The notes below the pieces were generated by a model. It was not told where the DNA came from and made no database searches. It was given only the letters and a program-made list of their open reading frames with translations. Positions 19,920-30,546 of a stretch of DNA of 64,000 bases are shown here, piece by piece. Source of the DNA: an uncultured virus (IMG/VR IMGVR_UViG_3300035185_000031) (lineage: Duplodnaviria; Heunggongvirae; Uroviricota; Caudoviricetes); the IMG/VR virus record IMGVR_UViG_3300035185_000031; one strand, written 5' to 3'. Position numbers and translations under genes: made by a program. Numbering within the stretch: the first letter of the stretch is position 1; each line of letters begins with the position of its first letter.

Positions 19920-20579
19920 ATGAGAACGTGCGAACACGGGGTGCCCGAGAACGAGAACTGCGTGCCCTGCGCTCGCGAGGGGGAGGGCAAAGGTCTGGTA
20001 GCGGACCTCTTGCAGACGCAGCAGCGAGCGCTCCAGAAAGAGATGAACGAGATCATGGACCTCCTGCTCGCTCAAAGGCAGGGAGGCGACTCGTCTCCGT
20101 TAGCCACCCTGCACCGGCTCATTGCCGAAAGACGCGCGCCTCGTGCGAAAGCACAGAAGCACCAATGGAAAGCGACTCCCTTTCGCGTGGGTCTCCCGGG
20201 GAGCACACTGCGCCAGTGCACGCGCTGCAAGATCATTGACCACGTCGAACCGGACGGTGACTTGTGGAAGGCGTTTAGCGACAAGACTCGACCGTGCGAG
20301 GAGATGCCAGAGGAGGCTTCGGTCATGACACTGCGGCTCACCATGGACGGCGAAGATGGATGGGAGACCATCGCCTCGATCCCTCCGTGGTCCGAGCATT
20401 TCAATCGCGACCATCTCGTCAACGGGATCGATGCTGAGATGGAATGGATCCACGACCTCACCTATCGCATCGAAGCGCACCGAATGGTCCGCGTAGCTCT
20501 CTCAAAGCTGAGAGAGAACCATTCAAGGAAGCGACAGGACCACCCTGGGTGGCCAGCGCCTCCAGAAAGCCAAAAGTGA
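19920..20579 (+). CDS. Hypothetical protein
   Basis: 219 aa; TAGACT 6 nt before the ATG. Confidence 0.55.
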   Translation: MRTCEHGVPENENCVPCAREGEGKGLVADLLQTQQRALQKEMNEIMDLLLAQRQGGDSSPLATLHRLIAERRAPRAKAQKHQWKATPFRVGLPGSTLRQCTRCKIIDHVEPDGDLWKAFSDKTRPCEEMPEEASVMTLRLTMDGEDGWETIASIPPWSEHFNRDHLVNGIDAEMEWIHDLTYRIEAHRMVRVALSKLRENHSRKRQDHPGWPAPPESQK

Positions 20580-20944
20580 TAAACGTGCCTGTGCGACGTC
20601 TGACTCCGTTGGAGCGCCTGGACAAGCTGAACGCACGCTTGGACGAAGCGATCCGAAGCTTCTACCACGACATCGGGTCCCCAATACCAATGCTGCACCT
20701 GAGTCTCGATCTCAAGGAAGGCGACGGTGGGCAGATCCACTACGACTGCGGGCTTCTGTACTTCGCTGGAGATCCTGCCGTTCCTATTGCTGGCGTGACT
20801 GGCTTGGGCTTAACGATTGACCCCCACATCCTTTTGCACGACAAGATTGTTGCTGTGAAGTACCTCCCTGAAGTGAAGGCTGCGATCGACGCCGCTGCCA
20901 AGGAGCTGATCGGCGAAGCAGAAGAGCTACTGGGTTGGAAATGA
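20576..20944 (+). CDS. Hypothetical protein
   Basis: GTG start overlapping the upstream stop. Confidence 0.55.
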   Translation: MINVPVRRLTPLERLDKLNARLDEAIRSFYHDIGSPIPMLHLSLDLKEGDGGQIHYDCGLLYFAGDPAVPIAGVTGLGLTIDPHILLHDKIVAVKYLPEVKAAIDAAAKELIGEAEELLGWK

Positions 20945-21251
20945 TCGACCTAGCGCTCTCCTTCTTCATCTTCGAACGTGGCCTGGGGTTTCTCTTGGGC
21001 CTTGTGACGCTCCACCTGCATGACGAGGGGCGTTGGAACGACGCGCTCCTGAAGGGCTCAATGAAGCCTCCTGCCTCTCCCGAGGAGAGACTGCGCTTCA
21101 TGATGATGTGCGTCATCGTTCCCGAAATTCCGATGGCGGGCTTCTTGTGGGCTTGGCTGCACCGCAAAGATCCGTAAGGGAAGTACCTGGGAAACAGGGG
21201 GTTCGGAAAAGGTACTACGCCTGCCGATCTCGTGGTGATAGGCTTTCTCCC

Positions 21252-21554
21252 ATGAAGATCTGCGAAGGCTTGGAGCTGGATCCGAAAACTCTCAACGAGC
21301 ATGCTCGCGATCTGCGTCATACGCCGCCCATGACCGAAGCGTGGAAGAAGGCCAAGCCCAAGGACATCGTTCGCTACATCGGCGATCAAGAACCACGCCT
21401 TGCCGGCATGGAGGGTGAAGTTCGAACGGTGACCGGGGACAAGGCACAAGTGCGTTGGGCAGGCCACCCCGAGGACAAGAAGCACGACGTGCGGGACCTG
21501 CGGGTTCTGAAGGGCTACACCAAGAGATTCAAGGGCGTCCCCCGCCTCAGCTAG
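21252..21554 (+). CDS. Putative internal virion protein, MKIxEGxELDP leader family (SH3/KOW-like cargo)
   Basis: MKICEGLELDPKTL...PPMTE|A. Confidence 0.75.
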   Translation: MKICEGLELDPKTLNEHARDLRHTPPMTEAWKKAKPKDIVRYIGDQEPRLAGMEGEVRTVTGDKAQVRWAGHPEDKKHDVRDLRVLKGYTKRFKGVPRLS

Positions 21555-21564
21555 GAGAACGAAG

Positions 21565-21834
21565 GTGCCGAAAATCCCAGGTCTAGACATCGACGAATTC
21601 AGAAAGCTCACGAGAGGCGTGGGCAAGAAGAAGCCGATCGAGGAAGCAGTCTCTCCCGAGCGTCGTCACATCGCCATGCTCCAGAAGGCGTTGGCCGACG
21701 CCAAAGAGTCTGCCTCGCGCCTCTGGAGTTTGAGCGAGAGCCGCTCGCTCGATTCGCTCAAGGAACGCGAGCAGGTCTACTTCGCGATCGACAAGCTCGA
21801 AGCTGCGGTCTCCGAGTGGAAACCGGTACGATGA
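21565..21834 (+). CDS. Putative internal virion protein (MPKIPGLDIDEFRKL...IEE|A)
   Basis: Leader resembles the ELDPKEFRE..G family; AGGAG RBS. Confidence 0.55.
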   Translation: MPKIPGLDIDEFRKLTRGVGKKKPIEEAVSPERRHIAMLQKALADAKESASRLWSLSESRSLDSLKEREQVYFAIDKLEAAVSEWKPVR

Positions 21835-22344
21835 AGATCGGGGACTGCGACCTCGACCCCTTCGAGCGAGCGGCTCGAACGGCACCGCCTGGAGCAGGCG
21901 GGAGCCCCTCAGAAATCTGCGGACCCTGTGTCAGATGCGTGAGTCGCTCGGCGTCTCTCGTGTATGGGACGCACCAGCGAGACAGCCAGACACGAGTTCA
22001 TCTCTGATCCTTTCCCCACGGAGGCCCGAGCTGAGGCGCTGTGCGCTTTTCTAGGAGGCCCTGACGCAGGGTTCCGGGAGTCGATCGACGTCCTCTGCGT
22101 CCGCCGAGGAGCCGTGGACTGGGGATTTGAGCGAGGGGGTCGCTGGCCGAACCGGATGCTGTACGGCAAACGGGATCGAGATCCAACGCCTCTGGGGGAA
22201 GAGACCGGGTTTCTCGTGCGCTTCGTCTCTCAGTTCGCAGAGCCGGACGACGAGGAAGTACAGAGAGATCAACAGAAATCCTGGGAGGACTACCACGGAC
22301 TCGCGCTCTGGCTTCTGACGCGACCGCCGTGGTAGGCTTCTCCC

Positions 22345-22710
22345 ATGAAGATCCTGGAAGGCGTAGAACTGGATCCGAAAGAGTTCCGTGAGCGCGCGGG
22401 CATCACTCGGAGGTTTCCGACTCTGACCGAGGCCGCTGTATCCAGCGACTACATGAAGAAGCTGGCGGATGAGATCCGACGTCGCTTGGGTCCCGGCTGG
22501 ACTCAGGACACCCGTACGGATCCGACCTTTCACTACAACGAGTACTACTTCGTGATCAAGCCCTCGGGCACGGACAGCGTCTTTCTGATCACGCAGGTAG
22601 GCAACTACCAGACGTTCCCGGCTGACGAGGTGAATAGGACCTCGGTGAACATTCTCCGAAAGGTGTCGACCGACATACCTCTCCGAGACGAGACCTGGAA
22701 CGACTCCTAG
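22345..22710 (+). CDS. Putative internal virion protein, MKIxEGxELDP leader family
   Basis: MKILEGVELDPKEFRERAGITRRFPTLTE|A. Confidence 0.75.
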   Translation: MKILEGVELDPKEFRERAGITRRFPTLTEAAVSSDYMKKLADEIRRRLGPGWTQDTRTDPTFHYNEYYFVIKPSGTDSVFLITQVGNYQTFPADEVNRTSVNILRKVSTDIPLRDETWNDS

Positions 22711-22713
22711 TCC

Positions 22714-24003
22714 TCACCCCTGGAAGAGGAACACGCGCTCCTCAGCCCGTGTCACCGCTGTGTAGAGCCATCGGCGGAACGTGTCATCGTCCACGGGACC
22801 CGGGCGCTCGACTACGATGAACACACGGCTGAACTGGCTACCTTGCGCCTTGTGTACCGTCAGGCAGTACCCGAAGTCAAACAGGTGGCCGACTTGATCC
22901 CACTTCGAAGGCGAGAACCCGTACTCGTGCATCTCGTCGAAGCCACTGAAGGTCTTGGGGTACCCCCACTGCCATCGAGAGAAGCGAGCCCCGTTCATCG
23001 TCAGGTTCTCCGAGGGGAAGTCGACGCTGCCCTTGAAGTGATGCTCTCCCTGTAGCTTGAACGTTTTCGTAACGACTCCGCGATAGCCGTTGTACACGCC
23101 CTCGTTCTTGCTGTTCTTCAGACAGATCGCCAGCTCGCCTTGCTGGGGATTCTCAGGAGGAGATCCACCAAAGCGCGCAGCACGGAACAAGTTGTTGACC
23201 TGGGATCTAGTAGCGTTTCGATAGCAGAGGAACGCGCGGTCCAAAAGATGCTCGGCAGGCTCTTTCGCCAAGTGATTGATCGCAGTCTTCAGATGTGACT
23301 TCCCCGCTACCCAAATGGACTCCTTATCTGCAACGCTCGCACTGAACCCTCCGGTCTCTCGGATGGTCTGGGACAACTTGATGATCGGACTTCCTTCGGC
23401 CTGTCGGTGAATCTTGGTGAGCGTCAACTGCGGTTTCAACATCAGCCCGAAGTCTCGACGCCCCTCTACCGGGGACAACTGACCGTGGTCTCCTACTGCA
23501 AGGATCGGTACGCCCTCCGATGCCAAGTCCTTGTACACCCCTTCCGAAACCATCGAGGCTTCATCCAAAATGATGGTCGCGTATTCCTGCACGGAAGGGT
23601 TACGCATCCATCCGACGATTCTCCCATTGCGATCCGTCTTCGCTCTGTAGAGCAGTCCGTGAATCGTGCCACAGTAGTGATCCGTTCCCTCGCCTGTGCG
23701 GATGCCGATGTCTAGCAACTTGCCCCGCAACACCGAAGCAGCTCGACCGCTGAGCGCGCAGAAGGCGATCTTGCGCTGAGGATCGAACGCCTTTGCCAAC
23801 ACGCTCACTAGCGTGGTCTTACCCGTGCCAGCGTACCCACCGAAGGTGAGTGTTCCGGACTTCCGAGCCCCCATCCAATCATAGAGGCTGTGGAAAACCT
23901 CCTTCTGGTCAGGAGACAAATCCAGGCCCAGCGCAGCAACCGCCTGCGCAGGCTCCAACGGAGGAGACGCCCCCTCGCGGAGCGTCCGACTCTCAGAGTG
24001 CAT
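22714..24003 (-). CDS. Dda/RecD2-like SF1B DNA helicase
   Basis: GYAGTGKTT, DEASM, VGDHGQL, IHRQ, LTVHKAQGSQF, YTAVTRA. Confidence 0.9.
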   Translation of the reverse strand: MHSESRTLREGASPPLEPAQAVAALGLDLSPDQKEVFHSLYDWMGARKSGTLTFGGYAGTGKTTLVSVLAKAFDPQRKIAFCALSGRAASVLRGKLLDIGIRTGEGTDHYCGTIHGLLYRAKTDRNGRIVGWMRNPSVQEYATIILDEASMVSEGVYKDLASEGVPILAVGDHGQLSPVEGRRDFGLMLKPQLTLTKIHRQAEGSPIIKLSQTIRETGGFSASVADKESIWVAGKSHLKTAINHLAKEPAEHLLDRAFLCYRNATRSQVNNLFRAARFGGSPPENPQQGELAICLKNSKNEGVYNGYRGVVTKTFKLQGEHHFKGSVDFPSENLTMNGARFSRWQWGYPKTFSGFDEMHEYGFSPSKWDQVGHLFDFGYCLTVHKAQGSQFSRVFIVVERPGPVDDDTFRRWLYTAVTRAEERVFLFQG

Positions 24004-24086
24004 CACGCCAGTCCAACCCAAAGGGGAGCGATTGTCAAGAAGACCGTACGTCCACGCAAAGGCAGCATCTGGTAGACTCTCGGGCC

Positions 24087-24527
24087 ATGGCGGACGAAGT
24101 AGAATGCCCCGCGTGCGGGGCCAAGGACGACGAGATCCAAACCCACAAGGACCAAGCCATCCTCCCGATGGAGGGCGGGGTTACCTACGTGGGCACCTTC
24201 CACACATGCGCTAGCTGCCACCTCTACTGGGGAGACAACGACGATGCGATCGAGGAAGCGTTGGGACGAGCGAGGCAACACGTCGCCTTCCTTTTGATCC
24301 AAGGACTCCGGGGCCAAGGCATCACAGATCCGTACTTCGAACGGGTTCTGTCCCTACCCTTCGGAACCCTCAAGCGGTGGGAAGTGAAGTGCCCTCCCGA
24401 AGGCTTGGCGCTACTGCGTCTCACCAAGCTCAAGCCCGAGCTTCTCGATCTCCTCGAACCCGGACGCATTCGAGGGAGGACCAAGTTCATGGCGTTCCTC
24501 GACGACAAACAGAGCTTCGACAATTAG
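24087..24527 (+). CDS. MqsA-like zinc-ribbon + HTH protein
   Basis: CPAC...CASC followed by an HTH-like segment (LSLPFGTLKRWE...LALLRL). Confidence 0.6.
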   Translation: MADEVECPACGAKDDEIQTHKDQAILPMEGGVTYVGTFHTCASCHLYWGDNDDAIEEALGRARQHVAFLLIQGLRGQGITDPYFERVLSLPFGTLKRWEVKCPPEGLALLRLTKLKPELLDLLEPGRIRGRTKFMAFLDDKQSFDN

Positions 24528-24537
24528 GGAGTTTTCC

Positions 24538-24840
24538 GTGCACGAGCGCGTACGCCGAGATTTGATCCTGAAGTCGCATCCCAACATCACGCACACGTGG
24601 TGGTGTCCGGGCTGCCAGATGTACCACTGGGTCGACGCAAAGATCTGGAAGGTCACGCAGCTCCCCAAGGGACCGAGTGTGAACCCCTCCATCCGCGTAC
24701 GCAGCATCCACCTCTGCCACGTGTTCATCCGAGAGGGGAAGGTGCAGTACCTGTCGGATTGCACACACTCCTACGCGGGCAAGACCATCCCTCTTCAGGA
24801 GTGGGAAGAGGTGCATCTCGTGCCCGACGCCGAGACATAG
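24538..24840 (+). CDS. DUF6527-like protein
   Basis: WCPGC..H...PSVNPSI...CHVFIREG.VQYLSDCTH. Confidence 0.7.
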   Translation: MHERVRRDLILKSHPNITHTWWCPGCQMYHWVDAKIWKVTQLPKGPSVNPSIRVRSIHLCHVFIREGKVQYLSDCTHSYAGKTIPLQEWEEVHLVPDAET

Positions 24841-25103
24841 AGCGCTCAGGGGATTGTCAAGGTGGGCACGAAGCGGCAGCTTTTTTGCTGCTTTTGCGGC
24901 TTCTACAAAATAGCATTGACCCCTACGGAAGTTTTCCGTACTCAAAGTCTGAAGTAACGAGACCCCCGCAAGGGGTCGGCCTGAACAGGAAGGGCGCGCC
25001 TTCTCGGAGTTCAGGAACTGTCGGCTTAGTCATCGCGAAGAATCCACCAATCGACCAGTAACTCGCACAACGTTCCTTCGAGGACGTAGAGAGACGCTAG
25101 ACA

Positions 25104-26081
25104 ATGACGGACATCGCGAAGACCTCTCAGGGGTCTACCAAGAAGGGCTATTCTGCTGAGATCATGCAGGTGGCCTTGGATGAAGCAATCGTTCACGTCC
25201 CCCCGGATTACCGGGCTGCCTGGGCGGCGAGCGTGGCTTCCAAACTCGACTTCGTTGCCAATGGGGGCAGGTGGCATTCACGCCTACTGCTTCAGAAGCT
25301 GACAACGGGATTGCCTCCTGAGCTGATGCCTCAGCTCGTCATCGACGCGCTGAAGAAGAACAACGCCGTCGAAGAGGACTCCTCGCCAGGGAGTTCGGAA
25401 ACTCCCAAGGAACCCGAGGTTCCGGCAAAGGCAGCGGCGCTGGCCACACCAGACGCAGCCGTCGCGCCACCGAACCCCATCCAGAAGATGCAGGAGGCAA
25501 ACAAGGAGCGCTCCGTGCTCGACGCAGTCGCAGATACTTGCAAGCAGCTAATGGAAGCAAGCATGCAGGGGTTCTGCGACATGACCTACGAGGACGAGGG
25601 CAGCTACCCGAACTTCCTTGGCGGAGGTGATCTGAAGAACCCGCTGTCCTACATCGACTCCGGAGACGGACAAGAAGTAGCAGTACTGATCTTCGGAAGT
25701 GCCACGATCCACCGGAACGGGAAACTGGTAACTACCGGATGCCTAGTACACGAAATCTTCACCAACCGATCTCACCCGCAGTTGGTCACAGACTCGGCCG
25801 GAAACGAGTGCTTCCTATCCTCAGGACGCTCTGGATGCAAAGTCGCCAAGGATGAGGATCGTTACTACCGTGCGATCTGGGTCGAAGAAGGTCAGTGGAT
25901 CAGGTTCTTCGTTCACGAGGTCAAGAAGCGCGACGATGAAAACGGCGATCTCATCTACAAGGTCATGAAGGGCGCCGACGGTCGCCTGGTCGCGGTGTGG
26001 CAAAACCTCACCCGCTCCGAGTTCTTCAAGGTCTTCGAAGCCGAAAACAAGCCCGAGGACGACGAACCCCCCAAGTTCTGA
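25104..26081 (+). CDS. Hypothetical protein (325 aa)
   Basis: Long ORF with its own promoter (TTGACC-17-TACTCA at about 24916) and a downstream hairpin. Confidence 0.75.
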   Translation: MTDIAKTSQGSTKKGYSAEIMQVALDEAIVHVPPDYRAAWAASVASKLDFVANGGRWHSRLLLQKLTTGLPPELMPQLVIDALKKNNAVEEDSSPGSSETPKEPEVPAKAAALATPDAAVAPPNPIQKMQEANKERSVLDAVADTCKQLMEASMQGFCDMTYEDEGSYPNFLGGGDLKNPLSYIDSGDGQEVAVLIFGSATIHRNGKLVTTGCLVHEIFTNRSHPQLVTDSAGNECFLSSGRSGCKVAKDEDRYYRAIWVEEGQWIRFFVHEVKKRDDENGDLIYKVMKGADGRLVAVWQNLTRSEFFKVFEAENKPEDDEPPKF

Positions 26082-26107
26082 TCTCCCCTCCCGCGGAGGA
26101 GGGGAGA
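26082..26107 (+). terminator. GC hairpin after the 25104-26081 gene
   Basis: TCTCCCCTCC...GGAGGGGAGA inverted repeat; no U-tract. Confidence 0.45.
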
Positions 26108-26228
26108 GCAGAAGGGACTGGGGATCAATATTCCCTGGGTTTCTATGGTGGATTCTTTGCGGAGGAATTCCCCTGTCTCTTCTGCTCTCCCCTCCTCCTT
26201 ATCAGGGAACGCGACCTACCGACAGGGG

Positions 26229-26762
26229 TCAAGGTACGGGTGTACCGAAACCAAGCAGGGAGCGAAAGGCGTTGAGGATCTCCAGCTTGTCCTCTTGATC
26301 CAAAGGCCCGAGATCAGCGCTGCCTCCGAAGTCCTCGTTCGGAAGAGCACCTTTCCACGGAGGCGCTGTCACCATGAGACTCAAGCTGAAACCTCCGATG
26401 GGTCGGACGTAGTGCCATCCGTGGGGGTGCACCATCTCGTACTCAGAATCCGACCACAGGCGCGTGCGCGCTACCTCGTGGAGGTTCTCGCGATCGGTAC
26501 CGTAGGCGATACCCATCTCGTAGTTACCTGTGAGGATCCTCACCCACGCGGGCCAAGGGTGCGGATGGTAGAGCGCTTTCTCGCACGGATGAATGCGATG
26601 CAGACTCACACGGAGATCCATCAGAGTGCACCATACACGCTCGACATGAGGAGGTTCGTAGTCAACGTCCAGCGACTCCCACATCTCGTGAGGCGAGTCC
26701 AGAAGCTCGCGTAGGCTGCATTCGGCATTCCTACCGATCTCGGTCATCTCTCCTGGGTTCAT
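26229..26762 (-). CDS. Cupin-like hypothetical protein
   Basis: LHRIH...HPHPW...ILTGNYE...HYVRP pattern. Confidence 0.6.
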   Translation of the reverse strand: MNPGEMTEIGRNAECSLRELLDSPHEMWESLDVDYEPPHVERVWCTLMDLRVSLHRIHPCEKALYHPHPWPAWVRILTGNYEMGIAYGTDRENLHEVARTRLWSDSEYEMVHPHGWHYVRPIGGFSLSLMVTAPPWKGALPNEDFGGSADLGPLDQEDKLEILNAFRSLLGFGTPVP

Positions 26763-27745
26763 TCTTCCTCCAAGCCCAGCTCTTGTTGGCAGGGTTTGCA
26801 TACGGGCCTCGTGATGGCATCTCCGCGACGTAGGTTACCCTTCTGGGGATCTGTGTACGTTCCAACACGTCTCAAGTTTCGCGGCTCGTCCTTCTCTCCA
26901 CAGACCACACAGGGCTTGGTGATGTCGCGCTGCATGTCGAAGGTAGCACGCAGCCCCGACTCTCGAATGAGTCGCGATAGCTCCTCGACGTAGTTCACAC
27001 GCCTCTCCTGACGGCTCTGACGAACAGCATGTGGGCGGCAAGGGCCAGCACCTCAAGCTGCTCGTGGAACGAGAGTCTCTTGAGTCGAGCGAAGATGCTG
27101 ATAGCGGCTAACTCGATCTCATCAGGTTCTTGATCCTTCACGGCGGCCTCCCGACCGAGAGTAGAAAGATACCTAGCAAAGCGCACTGCTCGAACGATAG
27201 TAACGGCTGAAGGATCGCCCCATAGACGACCCATCCCATTGCAAGATAGTAGAGCCCGACAACGAACCTGCGAACCCGCAGAGCTGAGCGATTCATTTCG
27301 AAAAGTCCCTTCGCCAGTTGACCTCGATGCCCATCGAGTGCTTCGTGGCGATCTGCCACCAGGCAATCCGTAGGAAAGCAATCTGCACCTTGTTCGGTGC
27401 AACCCGCTCGAAACCGAAGCGGTTGAGAGTCACCTCGATGTCGATCGTCACTGGTACCTCCGTTCGAAGCCACAAGCTAAGCACAACCAACCCCAAAGCC
27501 AGCCCGATCCCAGCGGGACCATGCAAGCACCGCACTCCGGGCACTCGCCTTCGGGCAGACTCATGTGCTTCTCCTGTAGTCCTCGAAGCGAAGCTTCGCG
27601 ATCAACTTCCTATCCGGTGTGCGGATGACAATACCCTGTTCTCTACTGCGGACTGAGCGTTCATACGGGCAACCATACCCGTAAGGAATAGGATTGTCAA
27701 TCGTCGGACGTTAGGCTCGCGTAGACTGCACTCAGAGGAGGGGAA

Positions 27746-28264
27746 TCACCCCGCGGCTTTCTTCCTGATGCTCATGGTGGGCACGACCTTCGGGTGAAAG
27801 TAGCCGCACTGGGTTGCTGTGTTCGCTACCCAAAAACAGAGCCGACCCGGCTGCTGGTTGTGCCTGCACGTTCCCTGACACTCGCCCTCTCGGTAGTGGG
27901 GTGGATAGACTCCATCGATGTAGCGGCAGGGGTGGTTCGGGACTTGAGTTTGGATTGCAGACACGGAGGTCTCCTGAGGAGGGGGAGGCTGGCGCTTTGG
28001 TCGGAGATCCGCCGCGCGAGGAGGAAGAGGAAACACGTTGTGGGAGAGCGCTGCGTCTGTGGGACTCTCGGATTCGTCGAGAGCATCGAAGGCGGCATCG
28101 AACGGATCTTCGTGTTGAGGCATGCGACGGTTCTCCGGGGTAGGGGGCTCTTCGTTCACGTCTTCACTCGACGCGCGTCGTGCGAGGAAGGTTTGTACTC
28201 CGAAAGCGATCGTGAGAGAGCCTGCTCCTCCAATAAGGAGCCAGATGATGTTGGCTGGGTCCAT
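27746..28264 (-). CDS. Membrane-anchored protein with C-terminal Cys cluster
   Basis: N-terminal TM segment, Pro-rich linker, Cys-rich end. Confidence 0.6.
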   Translation of the reverse strand: MDPANIIWLLIGGAGSLTIAFGVQTFLARRASSEDVNEEPPTPENRRMPQHEDPFDAAFDALDESESPTDAALSHNVFPLPPRAADLRPKRQPPPPQETSVSAIQTQVPNHPCRYIDGVYPPHYREGECQGTCRHNQQPGRLCFWVANTATQCGYFHPKVVPTMSIRKKAAG

Positions 28265-28273
28265 GCAGTCCGT

Positions 28274-28549
28274 TCAGGCCGCGCGAAAGCGGTCGTCGTC
28301 CGATAGGTTGATGAAGATCTTACGTCCTTCTACCGCAGCGATGCGTCCGAACAGCACCCGAAGAGACTGCACGGTAGCACCCCGTTTTCCAACGATCTTG
28401 CCTCGGTCTCTCGGAGAGACGTCGATGATCATGTGGGACTCGTGTCGGCTCCGACGCTCTTCGACGCGCACCTCACCAGGCACATCGACTAGCGCACGGA
28501 TCACATCCGTAAGTAGCTCACGTGTGTCCGACTCTTGTACCTGTTGCAT
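28274..28549 (-). CDS. KhpA-like KH-domain RNA-binding protein
   Basis: LVD.P.EV.V...D.GKIVGKRGAT..SLR (GxxG loop). Confidence 0.85.
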   Translation of the reverse strand: MQQVQESDTRELLTDVIRALVDVPGEVRVEERRSRHESHMIIDVSPRDRGKIVGKRGATVQSLRVLFGRIAAVEGRKIFINLSDDDRFRAA

Positions 28550-28777
28550 CCTTCACCTCCACGCCAGGAACACCGAAGCGAATGTCCCTAAGATGGGCCT
28601 TCACAATCTCGCAATCATCGTAGGCGGGGCAGGAGAGACAGTTCGGGACGAGCTGTAGCTCCTGACACAGGCTCACCTGCTTCTGGCGCACCTTCGCTTC
28701 GAACACGGGAGTGCCGGGCTTATGCCCTTCCATTTCCACGTCGAGCCGAATCTGCCGGAGGCGAGGTAGGCGCCGCC

Positions 28778-29065
28778 TCATTTGACCTTTCGCAGTCTCC
28801 CCTTCGGTGCCGACTTGGCGATCCTCTGGATCTCGTCGAGCACAGAGCGTGGGGACTCCACCGCGCGAACGAAACAAGGTTGGTGGATGTGACCGTACGT
28901 ACCCGTCTCTCGGAACTCACCGTCGTTGGTCTTACCCGTGAGAATGAGATACGTCTTGCCGGTGGTCACGGGCTTGCCGCAACCGATGCATCGCGGTGCC
29001 TCTGAGGAGGAGGCTTCTTGAGCAGTCGCTGCTTCTGACAATTTTTCGCTCCTTTGGTATATCAC
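28778..29065 (-). CDS. Zinc-finger hypothetical protein
   Basis: CIGC...HQPC. Confidence 0.5.
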   Translation of the reverse strand: MIYQRSEKLSEAATAQEASSSEAPRCIGCGKPVTTGKTYLILTGKTNDGEFRETGTYGHIHQPCFVRAVESPRSVLDEIQRIAKSAPKGRLRKVK

Positions 29066-29100
29066 AGTTGAGGTAAGAGGTTAGGACTCCCTCAAAAAAG

Positions 29101-29748
29101 CTACGATATCCGTAGCTTAGCCATAACCTCTTGGAGGTCCCCCCACGCTTCCCGCTTCTTTTGTGGGTCGCGGAGGAGGAATGCTGGGTGGAAGGTGACG
29201 CGCAGGGGAATGCCTTCCCAATCGTGCCACTTCCCCCGCATGTCTTTGATGCTGCGCTTTGCCCTCAGCAAGGCGCGCGCGGCAGAGGCTCCGAGAGCTA
29301 CGATGCACTCGGGCTCGACAGCACGGAGCTGTCCGAAGAGGAAGGGCGAGCAGGCCACCACCTCATCGGGATAGGGGGTACGGTTTTCAGGCGGTCGGCA
29401 GTTGACCACGTTGCAGATATAGAGATCGTCTCTCTTCAATTTCATCGCGGAAATCATGCTGTCCAGCAGAATCCCTGCCTTGCCTATGAAGGGCTCCCCC
29501 GTCTCGTCTTCGTTCTTCCCAGGGGCCTCTCCTACGAAGGCGATCCGCGGCTTGGATGGTTTGCCAGATCCAAAAACCACCTTCGTACGACTCTCACACA
29601 AGCGACACGCCTTGCAGCTCAAGGCCACGTCACGCAAACGATCTACCTCCGGAGCGCCTCTCGGTCCCCGAAGATCCTCTTCGCTGAACAATGTCGCCTG
29701 ACTCATCTGCTCCGGAGCATACCCAATAGTAACCCGATTGTCGAACAA
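29101..29748 (-). CDS. Uracil-DNA glycosylase family 4 (Fe-S)
   Basis: CKACRLC, VGEAPG, CRPPENR, FHPAFLLR. Confidence 0.9.
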   Translation of the reverse strand: MFDNRVTIGYAPEQMSQATLFSEEDLRGPRGAPEVDRLRDVALSCKACRLCESRTKVVFGSGKPSKPRIAFVGEAPGKNEDETGEPFIGKAGILLDSMISAMKLKRDDLYICNVVNCRPPENRTPYPDEVVACSPFLFGQLRAVEPECIVALGASAARALLRAKRSIKDMRGKWHDWEGIPLRVTFHPAFLLRDPQKKREAWGDLQEVMAKLRIS

Positions 29749-29808
29749 GGGAGCAGGGTTTCACCTAAGATCTCCTTTGAGCTATGCTTCCGCTACAAGG
29801 AGGATCGA

Positions 29809-30162
29809 ATGGAACTCATCAACGATCTCTGGGAAAAGCATGGCGTTTTCTTCCTCATCGCGGTTTGGCCTGTGGCCACTGCAATCCTCAACATTGTCCT
29901 CCGCAAGAAGACGGCAGAAGAATGGGTGGCGTTCGCTGAGAAGTATCCGAGATCTGCTGGTATCATCCGGCTTCTTCGAGCCTCAGGTCTTGACCCTGTG
30001 AAGGTCGTCCAAGCAACGAAGGAAACCGTCAAGGGGGAAGCCGCCAAGAACAAGAACAAGCTGACCGAGAAGCAACAGAAGGTCGTCGCCGTCGCTGAGA
30101 AACTCGGTGGCGGATCTCCGGAGACCCCAACAGTCGACGAAACGGAAGGTACCAAGCCATGA
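29809..30162 (+). CDS. Holin-like single-TM membrane protein
   Basis: One TM segment, basic C-terminus; AGGAGG RBS. Confidence 0.55.
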   Translation: MELINDLWEKHGVFFLIAVWPVATAILNIVLRKKTAEEWVAFAEKYPRSAGIIRLLRASGLDPVKVVQATKETVKGEAAKNKNKLTEKQQKVVAVAEKLGGGSPETPTVDETEGTKP

Positions 30163-30533
30163 AGAAGTTCCTACTCATCTCCACCATCGCCCTGGCAACA
30201 GGCTGCACCCAGATGCAGAAGGACGTCGCGAAGACGGTCCTCGACGTTGCCCGCAACGCCTGCGATCTCTACGCCACCCAGCACGGTCTGTCTGTGAAGG
30301 ACGTTTGCGACACCGAGGAGAAGCTTCGTCCCTTCGTCGATGGCTACCTCGCTTCTGCTCAGGCCGCAGGCGCCGCTCGAACGGCCAGCATGTCAGGAGC
30401 AGGAGCAACCACTTGCCCGGAGTGCCCGAAGTGCGCAGAGCCTGCTCCAGCCCCTGCGGAAACTCCCTCCCCCGCTCCGGCTCCGGCCGCTCCAGCCGAA
30501 GCTCCGGCCGAAGCAGCTCCCGCCTCGAAGTGA
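30159..30533 (+). CDS. Lipoprotein
   Basis: MKKFLLISTIALATG|C lipobox; Ala/Pro-rich tail. Confidence 0.75.
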   Translation: MKKFLLISTIALATGCTQMQKDVAKTVLDVARNACDLYATQHGLSVKDVCDTEEKLRPFVDGYLASAQAAGAARTASMSGAGATTCPECPKCAEPAPAPAETPSPAPAPAAPAEAPAEAAPASK

Positions 30534-30546
30534 AGGGAGCCGCCCC

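Noticed and set aside
21831..22007. MKIGDCDLDP ORF as a member of the MKIxEGxELDP family
   Set aside because: Lacks the EG, the downstream xxE site and the promoter motif; probably coincidental
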